DNA of 64,000 nucleotides from a virus, in IMG/VR virus record IMGVR_UViG_3300006310_000773. One strand, given 5' to 3'. Made by a program: the position numbers and the translations under genes. Below, one piece after another: positions 20,082 to 31,048 of this stretch (its first letter is position 1; the number at the start of each line of letters is the position of its first letter). The notes under the pieces are model-generated. The model was not told where the DNA came from. It worked only from the letters and a program-made list of their open reading frames with translations, and made no database searches.

Positions 20082-21920
20082 TTAATATGATGTTGTCGTA
20101 GTTGTTGTTGAATTTGCGGTGACACTTCTTCTTTCTAAAATATTTACGTCTGTGACATTAACTGTAATATCACTATCTAAAATTTGAAAAATTTGTTCTC
20201 TTACTGGAATCATATCCTCTTCAACTGGTTCAAAATATATGTGAACAATATTATTTGTAATAGCTTGTGGTGCAAAAGCTACTAATGTTACTTGTCCTGT
20301 AGTATAATCAATAGATCCAATATTATTTCTTATTATAGTTTTTATATTGTTTTGCTTTCTATAAACTCTTATAACTCCATTATAATCTTCCATTTTACAT
20401 GCATCATATAAAGTGCCTGCCGTATCTTTATATGAAAAACTTGAACTAGATATAGCACCCAAATATCCATCAAATGCGTGTGCTATCGCATTATTAAAAT
20501 AAAATCTATAGGTTACTGCCGTAAGCAATGAGGGAATAAATGATGTATAAATTTTAAGTGTCATAAGACTATTAGTAATAGATTCATCTGATTTATCTAT
20601 TTTTGTCAATAGTTTTGAAAATTTAAAATTAGTATCAAATAATCTTAAATCTGTGCTATTATAATTCTGCACTGTAGTTTTTACTTTTGCCGCAATCGCC
20701 GATGAAGATCCTGTAGTTAAAGCGGAATCATATTTTACTGTTATTGTTGGTTGAACTTTATAAATGATTGGGTCAGTTATTACTGGTTCAATTGCTACCA
20801 TTTTTCTATCAGACAATAACGCTATAACCGTTTTTCTTTGTGCTGTTGTTAAAAATTCCGCACCTTTTGGTTTTATCGCAATATACACTTTACCATAAAC
20901 AGGAGTTGCGGAAGTTTCTCCTCCCCAAGACTGTATACTTTCCGCATCTGGAAAATTTGCGAATATTAATGCTTTATAATCTTCTACTGTTACCGCTCGT
21001 CTTTGAGAAGAAAAAGTTTTTGGTGCATTAAATTTTACTGATTCAATCGATTCTCTTTCCGCTCCACCATATGCCGCGGTTGAAGTTGATATGGAAATAT
21101 TATCAAATCCCCCCACCGCATCTAATGATTTAAATGTTGAAGCTCCATTGGGTCCTGCTCCATTACATACTAATGCTCTAACCTGAACTTGGTTTCCATG
21201 TGTTAACGCTCTTCCAATAGAACCATCACCAAATTGAATTTCATATCTACCATTAGACACTTCTGAAGTAAAATATATATTTGCTGTGCCAGATATGGCT
21301 GTAAAATCTCCCGCCTTTTCATATACATAAGATGTTGCATCAGATGGAGATACTTTAACAGTGACTTCTGCTGTCGATATATCCACATTTGAATTTGGTA
21401 ACACAAATCTTTGTTCTTTATCTGAAGTATTTTTAGTGAATGTATATACTGAAGGGACTCCCTCTTTTACATCTATTTGTTTTACATAAGCCCCCGCTAA
21501 ACTTCTATCTATTTGAAATGCCTGTGTTGTAGCGAACACATATTGTTTTCCTTTAATTGTTGAATTAAATTTTGTAAATTTATCACATGTAACAAAGGAG
21601 GGGGTGCCCGCCGGCACAACAGTAACAATGATTGTCGCACTTGCTCCAACTTGAGATCTTGGTGTATAATTTAACATTGCGGCTTTGGATGCAACTGAAT
21701 TTCTTATAGAAGCACTGCCTAAATACATTTCATTCGCTATCATATTTAAATAAAATGAGTTATAATGTGTATTATAAGCCAAAACATTAAGAATCGTATT
21801 TATTCCTGAAGCTGTAAAATCATAACCAGAAAAAACAGTCTGATTACCTAAAAATGATTTTAGATTATCTTTAATTTGATCAAAATCTAAATCTGTTACA
21901 TCTAATTTTTCTGTTGACAT
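20082..21920 (-). CDS. gp6: Baseplate wedge subunit gp6
   Basis: LDFDQIKDNLK, LAYNTHYNSFYLNM and QRRAVTVEDY. Confidence 0.93.
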   Translation of the reverse strand: MSTEKLDVTDLDFDQIKDNLKSFLGNQTVFSGYDFTASGINTILNVLAYNTHYNSFYLNMIANEMYLGSASIRNSVASKAAMLNYTPRSQVGASATIIVTVVPAGTPSFVTCDKFTKFNSTIKGKQYVFATTQAFQIDRSLAGAYVKQIDVKEGVPSVYTFTKNTSDKEQRFVLPNSNVDISTAEVTVKVSPSDATSYVYEKAGDFTAISGTANIYFTSEVSNGRYEIQFGDGSIGRALTHGNQVQVRALVCNGAGPNGASTFKSLDAVGGFDNISISTSTAAYGGAERESIESVKFNAPKTFSSQRRAVTVEDYKALIFANFPDAESIQSWGGETSATPVYGKVYIAIKPKGAEFLTTAQRKTVIALLSDRKMVAIEPVITDPIIYKVQPTITVKYDSALTTGSSSAIAAKVKTTVQNYNSTDLRLFDTNFKFSKLLTKIDKSDESITNSLMTLKIYTSFIPSLLTAVTYRFYFNNAIAHAFDGYLGAISSSSFSYKDTAGTLYDACKMEDYNGVIRVYRKQNNIKTIIRNNIGSIDYTTGQVTLVAFAPQAITNNIVHIYFEPVEEDMIPVREQIFQILDSDITVNVTDVNILERRSVTANSTTTTTTSY

Positions 21921-21921
21921 T

Positions 21922-22374
21922 TTATTCTATTTCCAAAAATTCTGTAATAGTTATTGTTATCGGTTCTTTAACTGGTTTTACTATGATTTGTACACTATAT
22001 CCATTTTGATCTGGTCGCGGAATACATATAACATTTTGAAGTTCAACTATACCGCTTCCATTTTCTTTAATTGCATCTGTAATGGTATTTCTAATTGCTT
22101 GTGCAGTAATTTCATTAACCATTTCAAATAAATGATGGCCAATATCACAATAAAATTGTGAATTAAAAGGAACTTCATATCTTCTTGTTTTTAATAAATG
22201 CTTTATTCCCTGTGCAATAGATTCTGTTTTATTTTTAATAATAACATCCCCCGTCAAAGGATGTTTTGCGAAAGTTAAAGAAACGTCTGAAATCGTTTCT
22301 GATTTATTTAATTGAGTTTGGACATCTTTTTCGAACAGCCAATCTCTTTCTAAGTTTCCGTGTGTATATGCCAT
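21922..22374 (-). CDS. gp25: Baseplate wedge subunit gp25
   Basis: HPLTGDV...IKHLLKTRRYEVPF; upstream of gp6. Confidence 0.85.
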   Translation of the reverse strand: MAYTHGNLERDWLFEKDVQTQLNKSETISDVSLTFAKHPLTGDVIIKNKTESIAQGIKHLLKTRRYEVPFNSQFYCDIGHHLFEMVNEITAQAIRNTITDAIKENGSGIVELQNVICIPRPDQNGYSVQIIVKPVKEPITITITEFLEIE

Positions 22375-22382
22375 AATACTAA

Positions 22383-22390
22383 TATTTATA
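22383..22390 (-). promoter_or_regulatory. T4-type late promoter TATAAATA for the gp25-gp6 operon
   Basis: Exact consensus 9 nt upstream of the gp25 ATG. Confidence 0.75.
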
Positions 22391-22405
22391 TGTTATCTAA
22401 CTAAA

Positions 22406-25400
22406 CTATACTAAACCCGCCGCTTCTAATAGTTTTGCGGTTTTTTGACTACCATCCCCTCCTAAAAATAACATCATACCATAAGTAAAATCTATATTTT
22501 CTGGTGGTGGATTACCAGCGTTAATTAATTTATTCCTTACTCTCTCAGTTCCACCATTCGCAGGAGGAATATAAAGAAAATATATTCCAGCATCAACAAT
22601 TCCTATTTTTATTAATGCTAAAAATTCTTCCATCAATTTTAATATTTTTACTAATTTTGGTACAATTTTTTCTTCAATAAATTCAATTAGATCGTCTATT
22701 TTTTTAATTAAACCTGAACCTATTCCTTTTAATCCTTCTAAAAAGTCTATTAATAATTCTAATATTGGTCTAAGTGCGGGCACTACATCCTCTACATTCA
22801 TGCTCCAAAAATCAGGATAAACAGATTCAGGTATATCTTCCTTTTTGAGTGTATTTTTATTAATTGCCTGAACAGAACAAACTCTTGGTGCGGGAAGATT
22901 AGCACTACCTTGATTTTTCCAATTAGGAAGCCATAGATATCCATCCAATATAGCTTCAAAATGTCTCAATAAATCAACATTAATGTCTGCAGCATTTAAA
23001 CCTGATCCTTCTAATATCATTTGTGCTGCCCATGTACTTTCTTCATCTGTCAAATCTCCCAATTCATCGTCATCATAATCCGGTTTATCTGGATCTTGGT
23101 CATCATCATCATCATTAACTAACTTGTGAAGAAGTTCTTCCCATAGTCTTGCTCCTTGTGCATCTGGTGCACCGGTTAATACTGGTGCACCGTGATGGCT
23201 ATCAGTCACTACACCAAAACCCATAGATTGGGTAGTATGCTCACGTAAGCTTCGAACACTTCCCCCCTCCCACACGATTCCTTCATTCGATTTTCTTTCT
23301 GCCTCTTTTGCCGTTTCTAGTTGTGCTGTTTTATTTGTGAGAGCTAACTCCAACTCTTGAATTTTATCTTCAAATCTGCTGTGAGTAGATGATATCTCCA
23401 AGTTCCTAAGTGCAATGGCTTCATCGAGTTTTACTTTTTCCTCTTCTAAAGTTTCTATTTTAGTTTGTGAGGATTGTTTGTCCTCCTCAAAGCCATTTAT
23501 CTCTACTTTCAGTTTTTCTATTTCCGCGTCATAATATTCTATTTGACCAGAATACTCTCCGGAACTGCCATCCTCATTTCGGCCTTCGACCGCGGCTGTT
23601 GCTGTTTCTAATGTTTGTGAAGCTTTTGATTTTTGGGATTTTAAGCTTGCCCACTCTAGGGAAATATCTCGATAATGTTGATCGTCTCGATATAATTTTT
23701 CTTCAATCTTCGCTGGAGTCGATTCTTTAACACCATATTTGTAAGCGAGGACGTCTGCTTCACTAAATGTCATTGAATTGCCTATTCTCGTCATTTCTAC
23801 GTCATAAGCTTGCTGAAATATTTCTTGCCGTTTGGATTCTTCGTAGTCGCGTACCTCTTTCTCTATATTAATTAAATCTGTTTCTAAACTAGTTAAATTT
23901 TCTTGTGCATTTACTTGTTTAGATTCTGATTCTTGCACAGACTTCATTTCAGCTGATAGCGTTTCTAAAGCCTTATCCTTCTCCTCTTCCCTTGTTGATA
24001 TTTCTGCTTCTTTTTCTTTAATCCTAGTCTCAGTACGTTCTATGCTTGATTCTATCTCAGCAATTTGTTTGTCTTTTTGAACTTTGTCTGCTTCATGTTG
24101 TTGTAGTCTATCTGTAGGAGCTCCTACAGAGTGTTCAGGGACTTTTAACTGTCCTATTTGAGTTTTAATTTTCTCGATTTCCGCCTCAGTAGTACCAACC
24201 GCAGATGTTGCAGCAAGTGCTGAATTTTCTAATTGCTCCTCTCTTTGAGACGTTTCTTCCTGACTAAGTTTCCTATGATATGTTAAACTTTCTTCATATC
24301 CTCCTTGACTAATCTTATCATTATAATATTGATATAAAGCTACTTGTCTACTGTCCGCGCCTGAATCATGTTTCCATCGTCTCATCGCCATAATTCGTTT
24401 CATTATATCTTCTTTTTGATCATCCTCACCAAACACCTTTGTTCCGTTTTTTAATACATAAGAATTCCAAACCTTAAATGCGTCACCTCCTCCTGGATCA
24501 GGTTTAGTGGGCTGTCCTTCTTCATCAATTACTCCAAGTCTATTATCAAGTTCGACTTCAACCAAAATATCTCCAGGTCTAGTATTTGGAAATATAGTCT
24601 CATGTAAGACATCAATTGATTGTTCATATCTCTCTGTTGTTCCTTGAGTAAAAAGATCTACACTAGCATCACCTGCAGCTGTTTCGACTCCTGGAGTAAT
24701 ATGATCATACCATTCCGTGTTTGATGTTTCATCAGTTCCGCCACTCGTCGGAGCTTCAAATTTTGTTGCCGTTCCAGATGCAAGTATTTGCATTACTTCG
24801 CGAGTTCTTAAATTTTTAAAAAATACCTTATCCTCTTTATTAGAATTAATGTCAATTCCTCTTCTTCTAAATTTTTCTTTATTATCACTATTTGTTCCTA
24901 TTTTAAATATATCTCGTTCTGCTTTTATGCTTGATTTTTTTCCGGGCTTGATTGGCCATTTTTCTATTGGCGGATTTGTCATGCCAGGATTAGGTGCACA
25001 TAAATTTGTAACAACAATCTTTTCTTCTCTTAAAGCGTCTAAATCATTTGTCAATTCTACAGCTATATCAAATGCATCTTTAATGGGTCTTATATCTGCA
25101 AAATAGTTATAAAGTTTAGCTAATTTTTCTACTATTTTAGCTGGATCTGACGTACCAAGAATTATTACTAATGCTCCAGCTATTCCATCTTCTGATATTA
25201 CTGGCCTGTTCACATCACCTTTATCATCAAAGGCTGCGTTCATTATTTCTATCATTTTACTTGGTTTGCAGATTTGCATTTCTCCTCCAAGAGCCCAAAT
25301 AGAATCTGGATAAGTAATATCATGATACCCATCACCAGATTTCTCTAAAACCGGTTTTCCTTGAGCTGATCCGGATACTCCAGGTATAGCTCTATTATAA

Positions 25401-25996
25401 AAAACCTTTCCATTCCAAATTACATAATTTGTATGATTATTTTCATACATTTCCCAAGATTTTTCATGAGGAATACCTGGCCTGTATGGTTGATTTCCTT
25501 CTGCTGCCTTCATATCATCAATATCAACTATCGGGTAAGCTGTAAATTCAATTTTATTCGTAAAGGGATTAACGTATATTCCTGATATTGCTGCTTTTTT
25601 TATTCGAAGATTTGGTGTTCTAGATTTGACTTTATAGATTGATAATTTTGGATTTTGACCATTGATAAAAATAGTATATATTCCTGACCCCATAAAATCG
25701 TCAATTTGATTTTGAATCTTTGAGATCATTGCATCTAAAATTAAAAATAATGGATTTATCGACGCAAGAAGAAAAGCCTTATTTGCCTTCAACAATAACT
25801 GACCAGTTTCCATTGCTTTTTTATATGCTGATATCGCCTCTGTTACATTTTCTATCAGGTCTGGAAAAAGTTGATTAGTTTTAACACTTGCTGCTAACCA
25901 ATTTCCCTCCTTAATAGCTTTTTCCCGCAGCGCTCTTTTCTCTTCTGAACCGCCCTCAACTAAACGACTAACATTTCCACCTTTTCGAAAAGTCAT
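22406..25996 (-). CDS. Large hypothetical baseplate-region protein with a central coiled coil
   Basis: 1196-aa ORF with a long E/K/Q-rich heptad region. Confidence 0.7.
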   Translation of the reverse strand: MTFRKGGNVSRLVEGGSEEKRALREKAIKEGNWLAASVKTNQLFPDLIENVTEAISAYKKAMETGQLLLKANKAFLLASINPLFLILDAMISKIQNQIDDFMGSGIYTIFINGQNPKLSIYKVKSRTPNLRIKKAAISGIYVNPFTNKIEFTAYPIVDIDDMKAAEGNQPYRPGIPHEKSWEMYENNHTNYVIWNGKVFYNRAIPGVSGSAQGKPVLEKSGDGYHDITYPDSIWALGGEMQICKPSKMIEIMNAAFDDKGDVNRPVISEDGIAGALVIILGTSDPAKIVEKLAKLYNYFADIRPIKDAFDIAVELTNDLDALREEKIVVTNLCAPNPGMTNPPIEKWPIKPGKKSSIKAERDIFKIGTNSDNKEKFRRRGIDINSNKEDKVFFKNLRTREVMQILASGTATKFEAPTSGGTDETSNTEWYDHITPGVETAAGDASVDLFTQGTTERYEQSIDVLHETIFPNTRPGDILVEVELDNRLGVIDEEGQPTKPDPGGGDAFKVWNSYVLKNGTKVFGEDDQKEDIMKRIMAMRRWKHDSGADSRQVALYQYYNDKISQGGYEESLTYHRKLSQEETSQREEQLENSALAATSAVGTTEAEIEKIKTQIGQLKVPEHSVGAPTDRLQQHEADKVQKDKQIAEIESSIERTETRIKEKEAEISTREEEKDKALETLSAEMKSVQESESKQVNAQENLTSLETDLINIEKEVRDYEESKRQEIFQQAYDVEMTRIGNSMTFSEADVLAYKYGVKESTPAKIEEKLYRDDQHYRDISLEWASLKSQKSKASQTLETATAAVEGRNEDGSSGEYSGQIEYYDAEIEKLKVEINGFEEDKQSSQTKIETLEEEKVKLDEAIALRNLEISSTHSRFEDKIQELELALTNKTAQLETAKEAERKSNEGIVWEGGSVRSLREHTTQSMGFGVVTDSHHGAPVLTGAPDAQGARLWEELLHKLVNDDDDDQDPDKPDYDDDELGDLTDEESTWAAQMILEGSGLNAADINVDLLRHFEAILDGYLWLPNWKNQGSANLPAPRVCSVQAINKNTLKKEDIPESVYPDFWSMNVEDVVPALRPILELLIDFLEGLKGIGSGLIKKIDDLIEFIEEKIVPKLVKILKLMEEFLALIKIGIVDAGIYFLYIPPANGGTERVRNKLINAGNPPPENIDFTYGMMLFLGGDGSQKTAKLLEAAGLV

Positions 25997-26148
25997 TCAT
26001 TCTCCTTCTTTTTTTCTTTTAAAACATCCACTTCTTTTTTCAAACTAACAATAGTTCCTTTTATTATATCAATCATAGATTCTATTTGATCAGCCATTGG
26101 ATTTGGTGGCAGTTCTTCTTCTGTAGTTTTCCATTTATCAGTTTCCAT
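25993..26148 (-). CDS. Small hypothetical protein (51 aa)
   Basis: METDKWKTTEEELPPNP...KEKKKENE fills the gap and has an ATGA overlap with the next gene. Confidence 0.55.
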   Translation of the reverse strand: METDKWKTTEEELPPNPMADQIESMIDIIKGTIVSLKKEVDVLKEKKKENE

Positions 26149-28705
26149 AATATTTACTCCTTCCTTTCAACATATCATATTCATTTCTTTTATCTCTAAC
26201 TTCTTTATATTTAAACTGTAAAGAGTCTGCCTCTGCTACAACTTCATTAATTAACCCTATATCATCACCTAAAGCAACATTTACCGCTTCATATATTGTT
26301 CTTCCATAAGGAACCAATGTCCCTGAAGCTTTAGCGGGAAGAGCTGAAACTCTTATACCAGGTTCAGTTCCATTAGATGATTGACCTCCACTATAAGTGG
26401 GATTTCCAATTCTAGCATTCAATTCTGTCAATCTTGTAGACATTTCAGAGTTACATGTATTTAAATCATCTCGTAAGGCATTAGCATCTGTCATAATATA
26501 TGTTACATTATCAATCTCTTCATTATGGTAACTTTCCAAATCAGTAAATTCTTGTTTACAATTTCCTACAGCGGTATCAAATGTTTCCGCCGCCGTTTTC
26601 TTTGCTGCATCATATTCTCCTCCCCCGTCAACTTCTAAAAGAGGATCTCTATAAGATACTAATCCATCTAATGTGTCAATTTTTCCTTTTGCGAATGAGT
26701 AATCATTTGCAGCGGTAACTTCATCTCCATTTATTATATGTTGAACATCATTAAATAAACAATCAACTTCATTAATAGTATATGAAGTGCTATGTGTACT
26801 ATGTGTAGCATTTGCTGAAGAACATCCCGCGCTGAATGTATGAATTTCAATCAATTTACTTGAAGGATTTCTCTCATATATACTAATGGGAGATACGGCG
26901 CTCATACCACTGCAAGAGCCTCCGCCAGTTGTATTTGTTTCGTTTCCTGGATTGGATGCTGAACCCCAACTAAAATAAGTACTATAATTATCTCCTTGCC
27001 ATCCTTCTACAGCAGGCACAGTTCCACCCGTTCCTATATAACCAGCCGTAGAAGTTACTTTGGTTGTTGAATTGGTAGCTCCATCTAATGCATTCGCAAC
27101 ATTTGTCATTGCGGGCTGTAATTGTGGAGTGAATGTTGCTTGTGGTTCTGTTCCTCTAGCCGTTACAGTATTTGGTAATGTAGTAACTGTTGGAGTATAA
27201 TTATGAGCTCCCACAAATGGACTCACCAAATAAAAAAAATGAGCACCGAAATCTATCATATATCGATAATCACCAATCAACGCTCCAGTAGTATCTTTTC
27301 TTTTTTCTTCATATTTTACAAACCTTCCTGCAAATATATCTTTCATTCCTAATCCAGTCGGCTGTAATCCCCCATCATCATAACTATCTCTGGCGCCTTG
27401 AACGGCAGGAAAAAGTGGATTTAATACGTTACCACTATAATCGCCCGTATCTTGTCCTATTTCTGAACTGGAGGAAACCAATTCTGTAGAAGCTGATTTA
27501 AATAAATCTAAAGAACTTGATTTCGCCGTTGGAGGATTAAATACACTAAGAGCGGTTTCAAATGCGGATTTATCCATAACTGTTAAATCTTCAAATGATT
27601 CATTAGTTCCACCATAATTTCCATCATCATCACCAACAGGTTTCCAGGATGAATCAGGAACCATTCCCTCAGGAACAATTTGTGCAATTGCGAACATTGT
27701 ATTTTCTTCTCTTGTTGGCATAATTTGTTTTGATGTAATCTCTAAATTAGTATATACCTTATCAACATTATCATTAAGTACTACCACATTTAAATCTGTA
27801 TCAATTGCGACTACAGTAAGATTAGATGTCCATGCCGTACTTGATAATTCTGATCCCATTACTAATTTCGATGCATCAGAAGTGGTTATAGTATTTCCTG
27901 TAATATTTGTTACTAAATCTAATGTTGTATTAGCAGTTATAGTAAATGTTTCAAAATCATGAGTAAATCTTTTTAATCCAAAAAAATCTCCAATTTTAGG
28001 TGGAGAAACATCAACTTCTGCAGAACCTTGTTCTAAAGTATGAGATAAGGTAACAAACTGATCTAAGGTAGAATTAAATTCTACAGAACCGATATTAGCA
28101 TATGCAAATTTTTCATTCCAGTTTCCCACTTCTGTAGTAACACTATCCCCAAATGTAACAGTGTTTCCAAATGCCATGTCGACTCCAGGATTGACATATG
28201 GAGTTGTATTAGCCATTAAATCTATTAATTTTCCCGTTTCTCTACTTCTAACAAAATAATAATCACCAATATAATTACTATAAGTATTAGACGTTCCATC
28301 CGCCTCAGTTGATGATACGGTACTTCCAGGAGTATCACTTAAAGAAATTGTATAATTAAGATCTTTATCTCGAATTAAAACACCGAATTTGGGGTTTCCT
28401 CCCGCTCCACCGGTTAAAGAAGGATATGTAAAAGATGTTACTCCTGCATAATCACTTGGAGAACCTAAATTAAATTTTAAAATATCACTACTACTTGCTC
28501 CCAAACAATTTGCTCTTATTTGGGCATTTGCTAATGCTAATGCAGGAACATCTACCGAAGCAGCTACACCTGCACATAAATTAGCAAACGCATCTTCAAA
28601 TAATTCCAATTCTCCGATAATTCCCAATCTCGCATCTATCAAACTTTGAGGTAGAGCTTCAATATCTTCTTTAGTTTCTAATATTTTTTCAACTTGAGAT
28701 GTCAT
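26138..28705 (-). CDS. Virion structural protein (hypothetical)
   Basis: 855 aa, Thr/Ser/Gly-rich, downstream of gp5. Confidence 0.65.
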   Translation of the reverse strand: MTSQVEKILETKEDIEALPQSLIDARLGIIGELELFEDAFANLCAGVAASVDVPALALANAQIRANCLGASSSDILKFNLGSPSDYAGVTSFTYPSLTGGAGGNPKFGVLIRDKDLNYTISLSDTPGSTVSSTEADGTSNTYSNYIGDYYFVRSRETGKLIDLMANTTPYVNPGVDMAFGNTVTFGDSVTTEVGNWNEKFAYANIGSVEFNSTLDQFVTLSHTLEQGSAEVDVSPPKIGDFFGLKRFTHDFETFTITANTTLDLVTNITGNTITTSDASKLVMGSELSSTAWTSNLTVVAIDTDLNVVVLNDNVDKVYTNLEITSKQIMPTREENTMFAIAQIVPEGMVPDSSWKPVGDDDGNYGGTNESFEDLTVMDKSAFETALSVFNPPTAKSSSLDLFKSASTELVSSSSEIGQDTGDYSGNVLNPLFPAVQGARDSYDDGGLQPTGLGMKDIFAGRFVKYEEKRKDTTGALIGDYRYMIDFGAHFFYLVSPFVGAHNYTPTVTTLPNTVTARGTEPQATFTPQLQPAMTNVANALDGATNSTTKVTSTAGYIGTGGTVPAVEGWQGDNYSTYFSWGSASNPGNETNTTGGGSCSGMSAVSPISIYERNPSSKLIEIHTFSAGCSSANATHSTHSTSYTINEVDCLFNDVQHIINGDEVTAANDYSFAKGKIDTLDGLVSYRDPLLEVDGGGEYDAAKKTAAETFDTAVGNCKQEFTDLESYHNEEIDNVTYIMTDANALRDDLNTCNSEMSTRLTELNARIGNPTYSGGQSSNGTEPGIRVSALPAKASGTLVPYGRTIYEAVNVALGDDIGLINEVVAEADSLQFKYKEVRDKRNEYDMLKGRSKYYGN

Positions 28706-29184
28706 GCTGGTGGTCCTGTTACTACTACTGGTGGTGAACCAGGAATCATTGCTGTTATTACTATTTGTGTTGTATAATTATTTATCGCATCTGCAATATC
28801 TGAGCCAAATTGTGCTCCAGAAGCTGGCTGTTTTGAAAAAATTTTACCCATTTTTGTTAAAAACATTGGAAGACCCGCTGTCGTTACTATAGAAATTTGG
28901 TTTGAACATTGTAATGTCATAAAAGCTCCATCAATTTTCTTCGCAACCTTTTGCCCTATCAGTGCTGGTATTGGTGATTGCTTTTGCATAATTTTCCCTA
29001 TTTCTAAATTTAATGTTTGTAATTTCGGCATAGCTGCGTAATTTCCCCCAGCCGGATCCATTGCATTAGAAATATACTGTTCTACTCCATCCTTAATTAT
29101 CTTCCCTACATCTAATCCTGTTGTATTAGCTTTTGCGAATCCGGATTGTAATCCTGCTTTTATTTGTGGCATTCCTAAAGGCAT
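28702..29184 (-). CDS. Baseplate/spike-associated hypothetical protein
   Basis: Directly after gp5; internal duplication (GKIIKDGVEQY / GSDIADAINNY). Confidence 0.55.
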   Translation of the reverse strand: MPLGMPQIKAGLQSGFAKANTTGLDVGKIIKDGVEQYISNAMDPAGGNYAAMPKLQTLNLEIGKIMQKQSPIPALIGQKVAKKIDGAFMTLQCSNQISIVTTAGLPMFLTKMGKIFSKQPASGAQFGSDIADAINNYTTQIVITAMIPGSPPVVVTGPPA

Positions 29185-29191
29185 ATTGTCC

Positions 29192-31042
29192 TTACATTAT
29201 ACATTGCATAATTTTTGTTTTAACTAAATTTAGTGCCGCAGTATTTAATGGCATTCCACTATTTCCTGAACCAGTAGGCACTGTTATCTTTGTAATTTCA
29301 TCTATTAAATCATCAAAACATGATTTTAAAGACTTTCCTGCACCACTAATAGATAACGGTGCACCAGATTTTAAACTATACGTTCCAAACGTTCCTGAAA
29401 ATGCGACGGGTGATTGCATCACTATTCCAGCTGGAGAAATTACAATTTTTCCAAGAGTTCCAGTATTACCTAAAAATAAATTAATATAACCTGTGGCGCC
29501 AACCGCACTTTCTGCCGCATTGATCTCTATGGGTGCTAATCCTGTATGTAATTTAATTCCAGATCCCGCAATAAATGGCGTTCCTATAGTTTGAATATCG
29601 ATGGCGCCTATAGATGTGGTAATATTGACATCACCAGATCCAGATAATCCAACAGTACCTTCTGATCTCATCTTAATTTGTGAAGCATCTGCAAATAGGG
29701 GGCCTTCAGCGTCAAGTCGCATTAATCCTGTTGTATTTAATTCTAAAGTACCACCACCAGAAATAGTAGATCCTTTTTTTGTACCTACCATAAAACTAGT
29801 TGTATTCGATTCATATCTATCAGAAGTAATATAATAATTTCCACCATCAACATTTGCATAATATGATCCACCCGCTCCAACTTTTAAAGAAAAATTTCCT
29901 TGTGTGGATTGTTGATCTCTATTAACAAATAACTGAAAACTCTTATCAATTGTTTCAATCTTATGTCCTTCAATATGTTCATATGAATTTGAATGGACTA
30001 TATTATACGCCTCATTTACTGATTTTGTTACTACAGTTCCGTCAGGATGATATTCTAAAAATGATCCTGACCTATGATATAAATGTACTCTTTCAGAATC
30101 AGGAGTATCATCAAATTCAAAAACATGTCCACTTTCCGTTTGTTGTACATGATTATATGGATATACTGCATTATATGGTGGTAGAGGTTCAGAAAATCTA
30201 TTTATTATTGGTTTAAGTAATGCTTCTTTAAATTTATCAGAACTGAGCTGAAGTGGAGTAAGAAAAGGCAGGTTCATATTCTTTCTTATATTTACTATTG
30301 AACCAAAATCACCACCAGTACCCACATTTACTTGGCCCGCATTGCGTGAATTTTTCTTTCTTTTTAAAATAGAATACTGACTTTCTGTTCTTTTTCCATC
30401 TTCAGAAGTTCTTAATTTTGATGTTGGATCACTATATCCTCTTGCTAATCTATTTGTAGTTGGTTCATTCAAATAATGATAAGAAGGAAAAGGAGAAAGT
30501 TGTTCTTGTTCAGTAATTATTACACCATCACCCGCACCAGAATATTCTAATATTTCCGGTTCTCGAGGAACTTTATCTGATTGTCTTGTATCAGCGCCAA
30601 GTAATAAAGATCTAACTCTTTTTTTAGCGGCTTCTAAACTAAATGGGTGTGTATCAGATGCAATTGCATTGTCATACATCCTAGCATCATAAAAACCTAT
30701 TTGAGCCGTATAAATTTCTCTCACATCTTGTTCAGGAACTCCGTGTAATGTACCCATCATTACTGGTTCTTGTGCTTCTCTTCCATCACGAAAAAATCCC
30801 ATTACCCAAGTTCCCTCTACAGGCCCAAGTGGGGTTTGTCCAACTCCCGTCTGAGAAGCAGAGGTTATTGGCATCAATGGAAAAGCCCACGGCAAATCTA
30901 TAGGAGGCATTAATTTTTTATCATCAGTATGCCAACCCAAACAGCGAACTTTACATCTACCTAAGTACATTGGATCATGTCTATCTTCAACAACACCAAC
31001 CCACCAAATAAATTCCATTCCCATAGAATCAGAAGTTAACAT
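29192..31042 (-). CDS. gp5: Baseplate hub / central spike gp5
   Basis: WWVGVVEDRHDPMYLGRCKVRCLGWH OB-fold and YPYNHVQQTESGHVFEFDDTP. Confidence 0.93.
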   Translation of the reverse strand: MLTSDSMGMEFIWWVGVVEDRHDPMYLGRCKVRCLGWHTDDKKLMPPIDLPWAFPLMPITSASQTGVGQTPLGPVEGTWVMGFFRDGREAQEPVMMGTLHGVPEQDVREIYTAQIGFYDARMYDNAIASDTHPFSLEAAKKRVRSLLLGADTRQSDKVPREPEILEYSGAGDGVIITEQEQLSPFPSYHYLNEPTTNRLARGYSDPTSKLRTSEDGKRTESQYSILKRKKNSRNAGQVNVGTGGDFGSIVNIRKNMNLPFLTPLQLSSDKFKEALLKPIINRFSEPLPPYNAVYPYNHVQQTESGHVFEFDDTPDSERVHLYHRSGSFLEYHPDGTVVTKSVNEAYNIVHSNSYEHIEGHKIETIDKSFQLFVNRDQQSTQGNFSLKVGAGGSYYANVDGGNYYITSDRYESNTTSFMVGTKKGSTISGGGTLELNTTGLMRLDAEGPLFADASQIKMRSEGTVGLSGSGDVNITTSIGAIDIQTIGTPFIAGSGIKLHTGLAPIEINAAESAVGATGYINLFLGNTGTLGKIVISPAGIVMQSPVAFSGTFGTYSLKSGAPLSISGAGKSLKSCFDDLIDEITKITVPTGSGNSGMPLNTAALNLVKTKIMQCIM

Positions 31043-31048
31043 ATTTTC

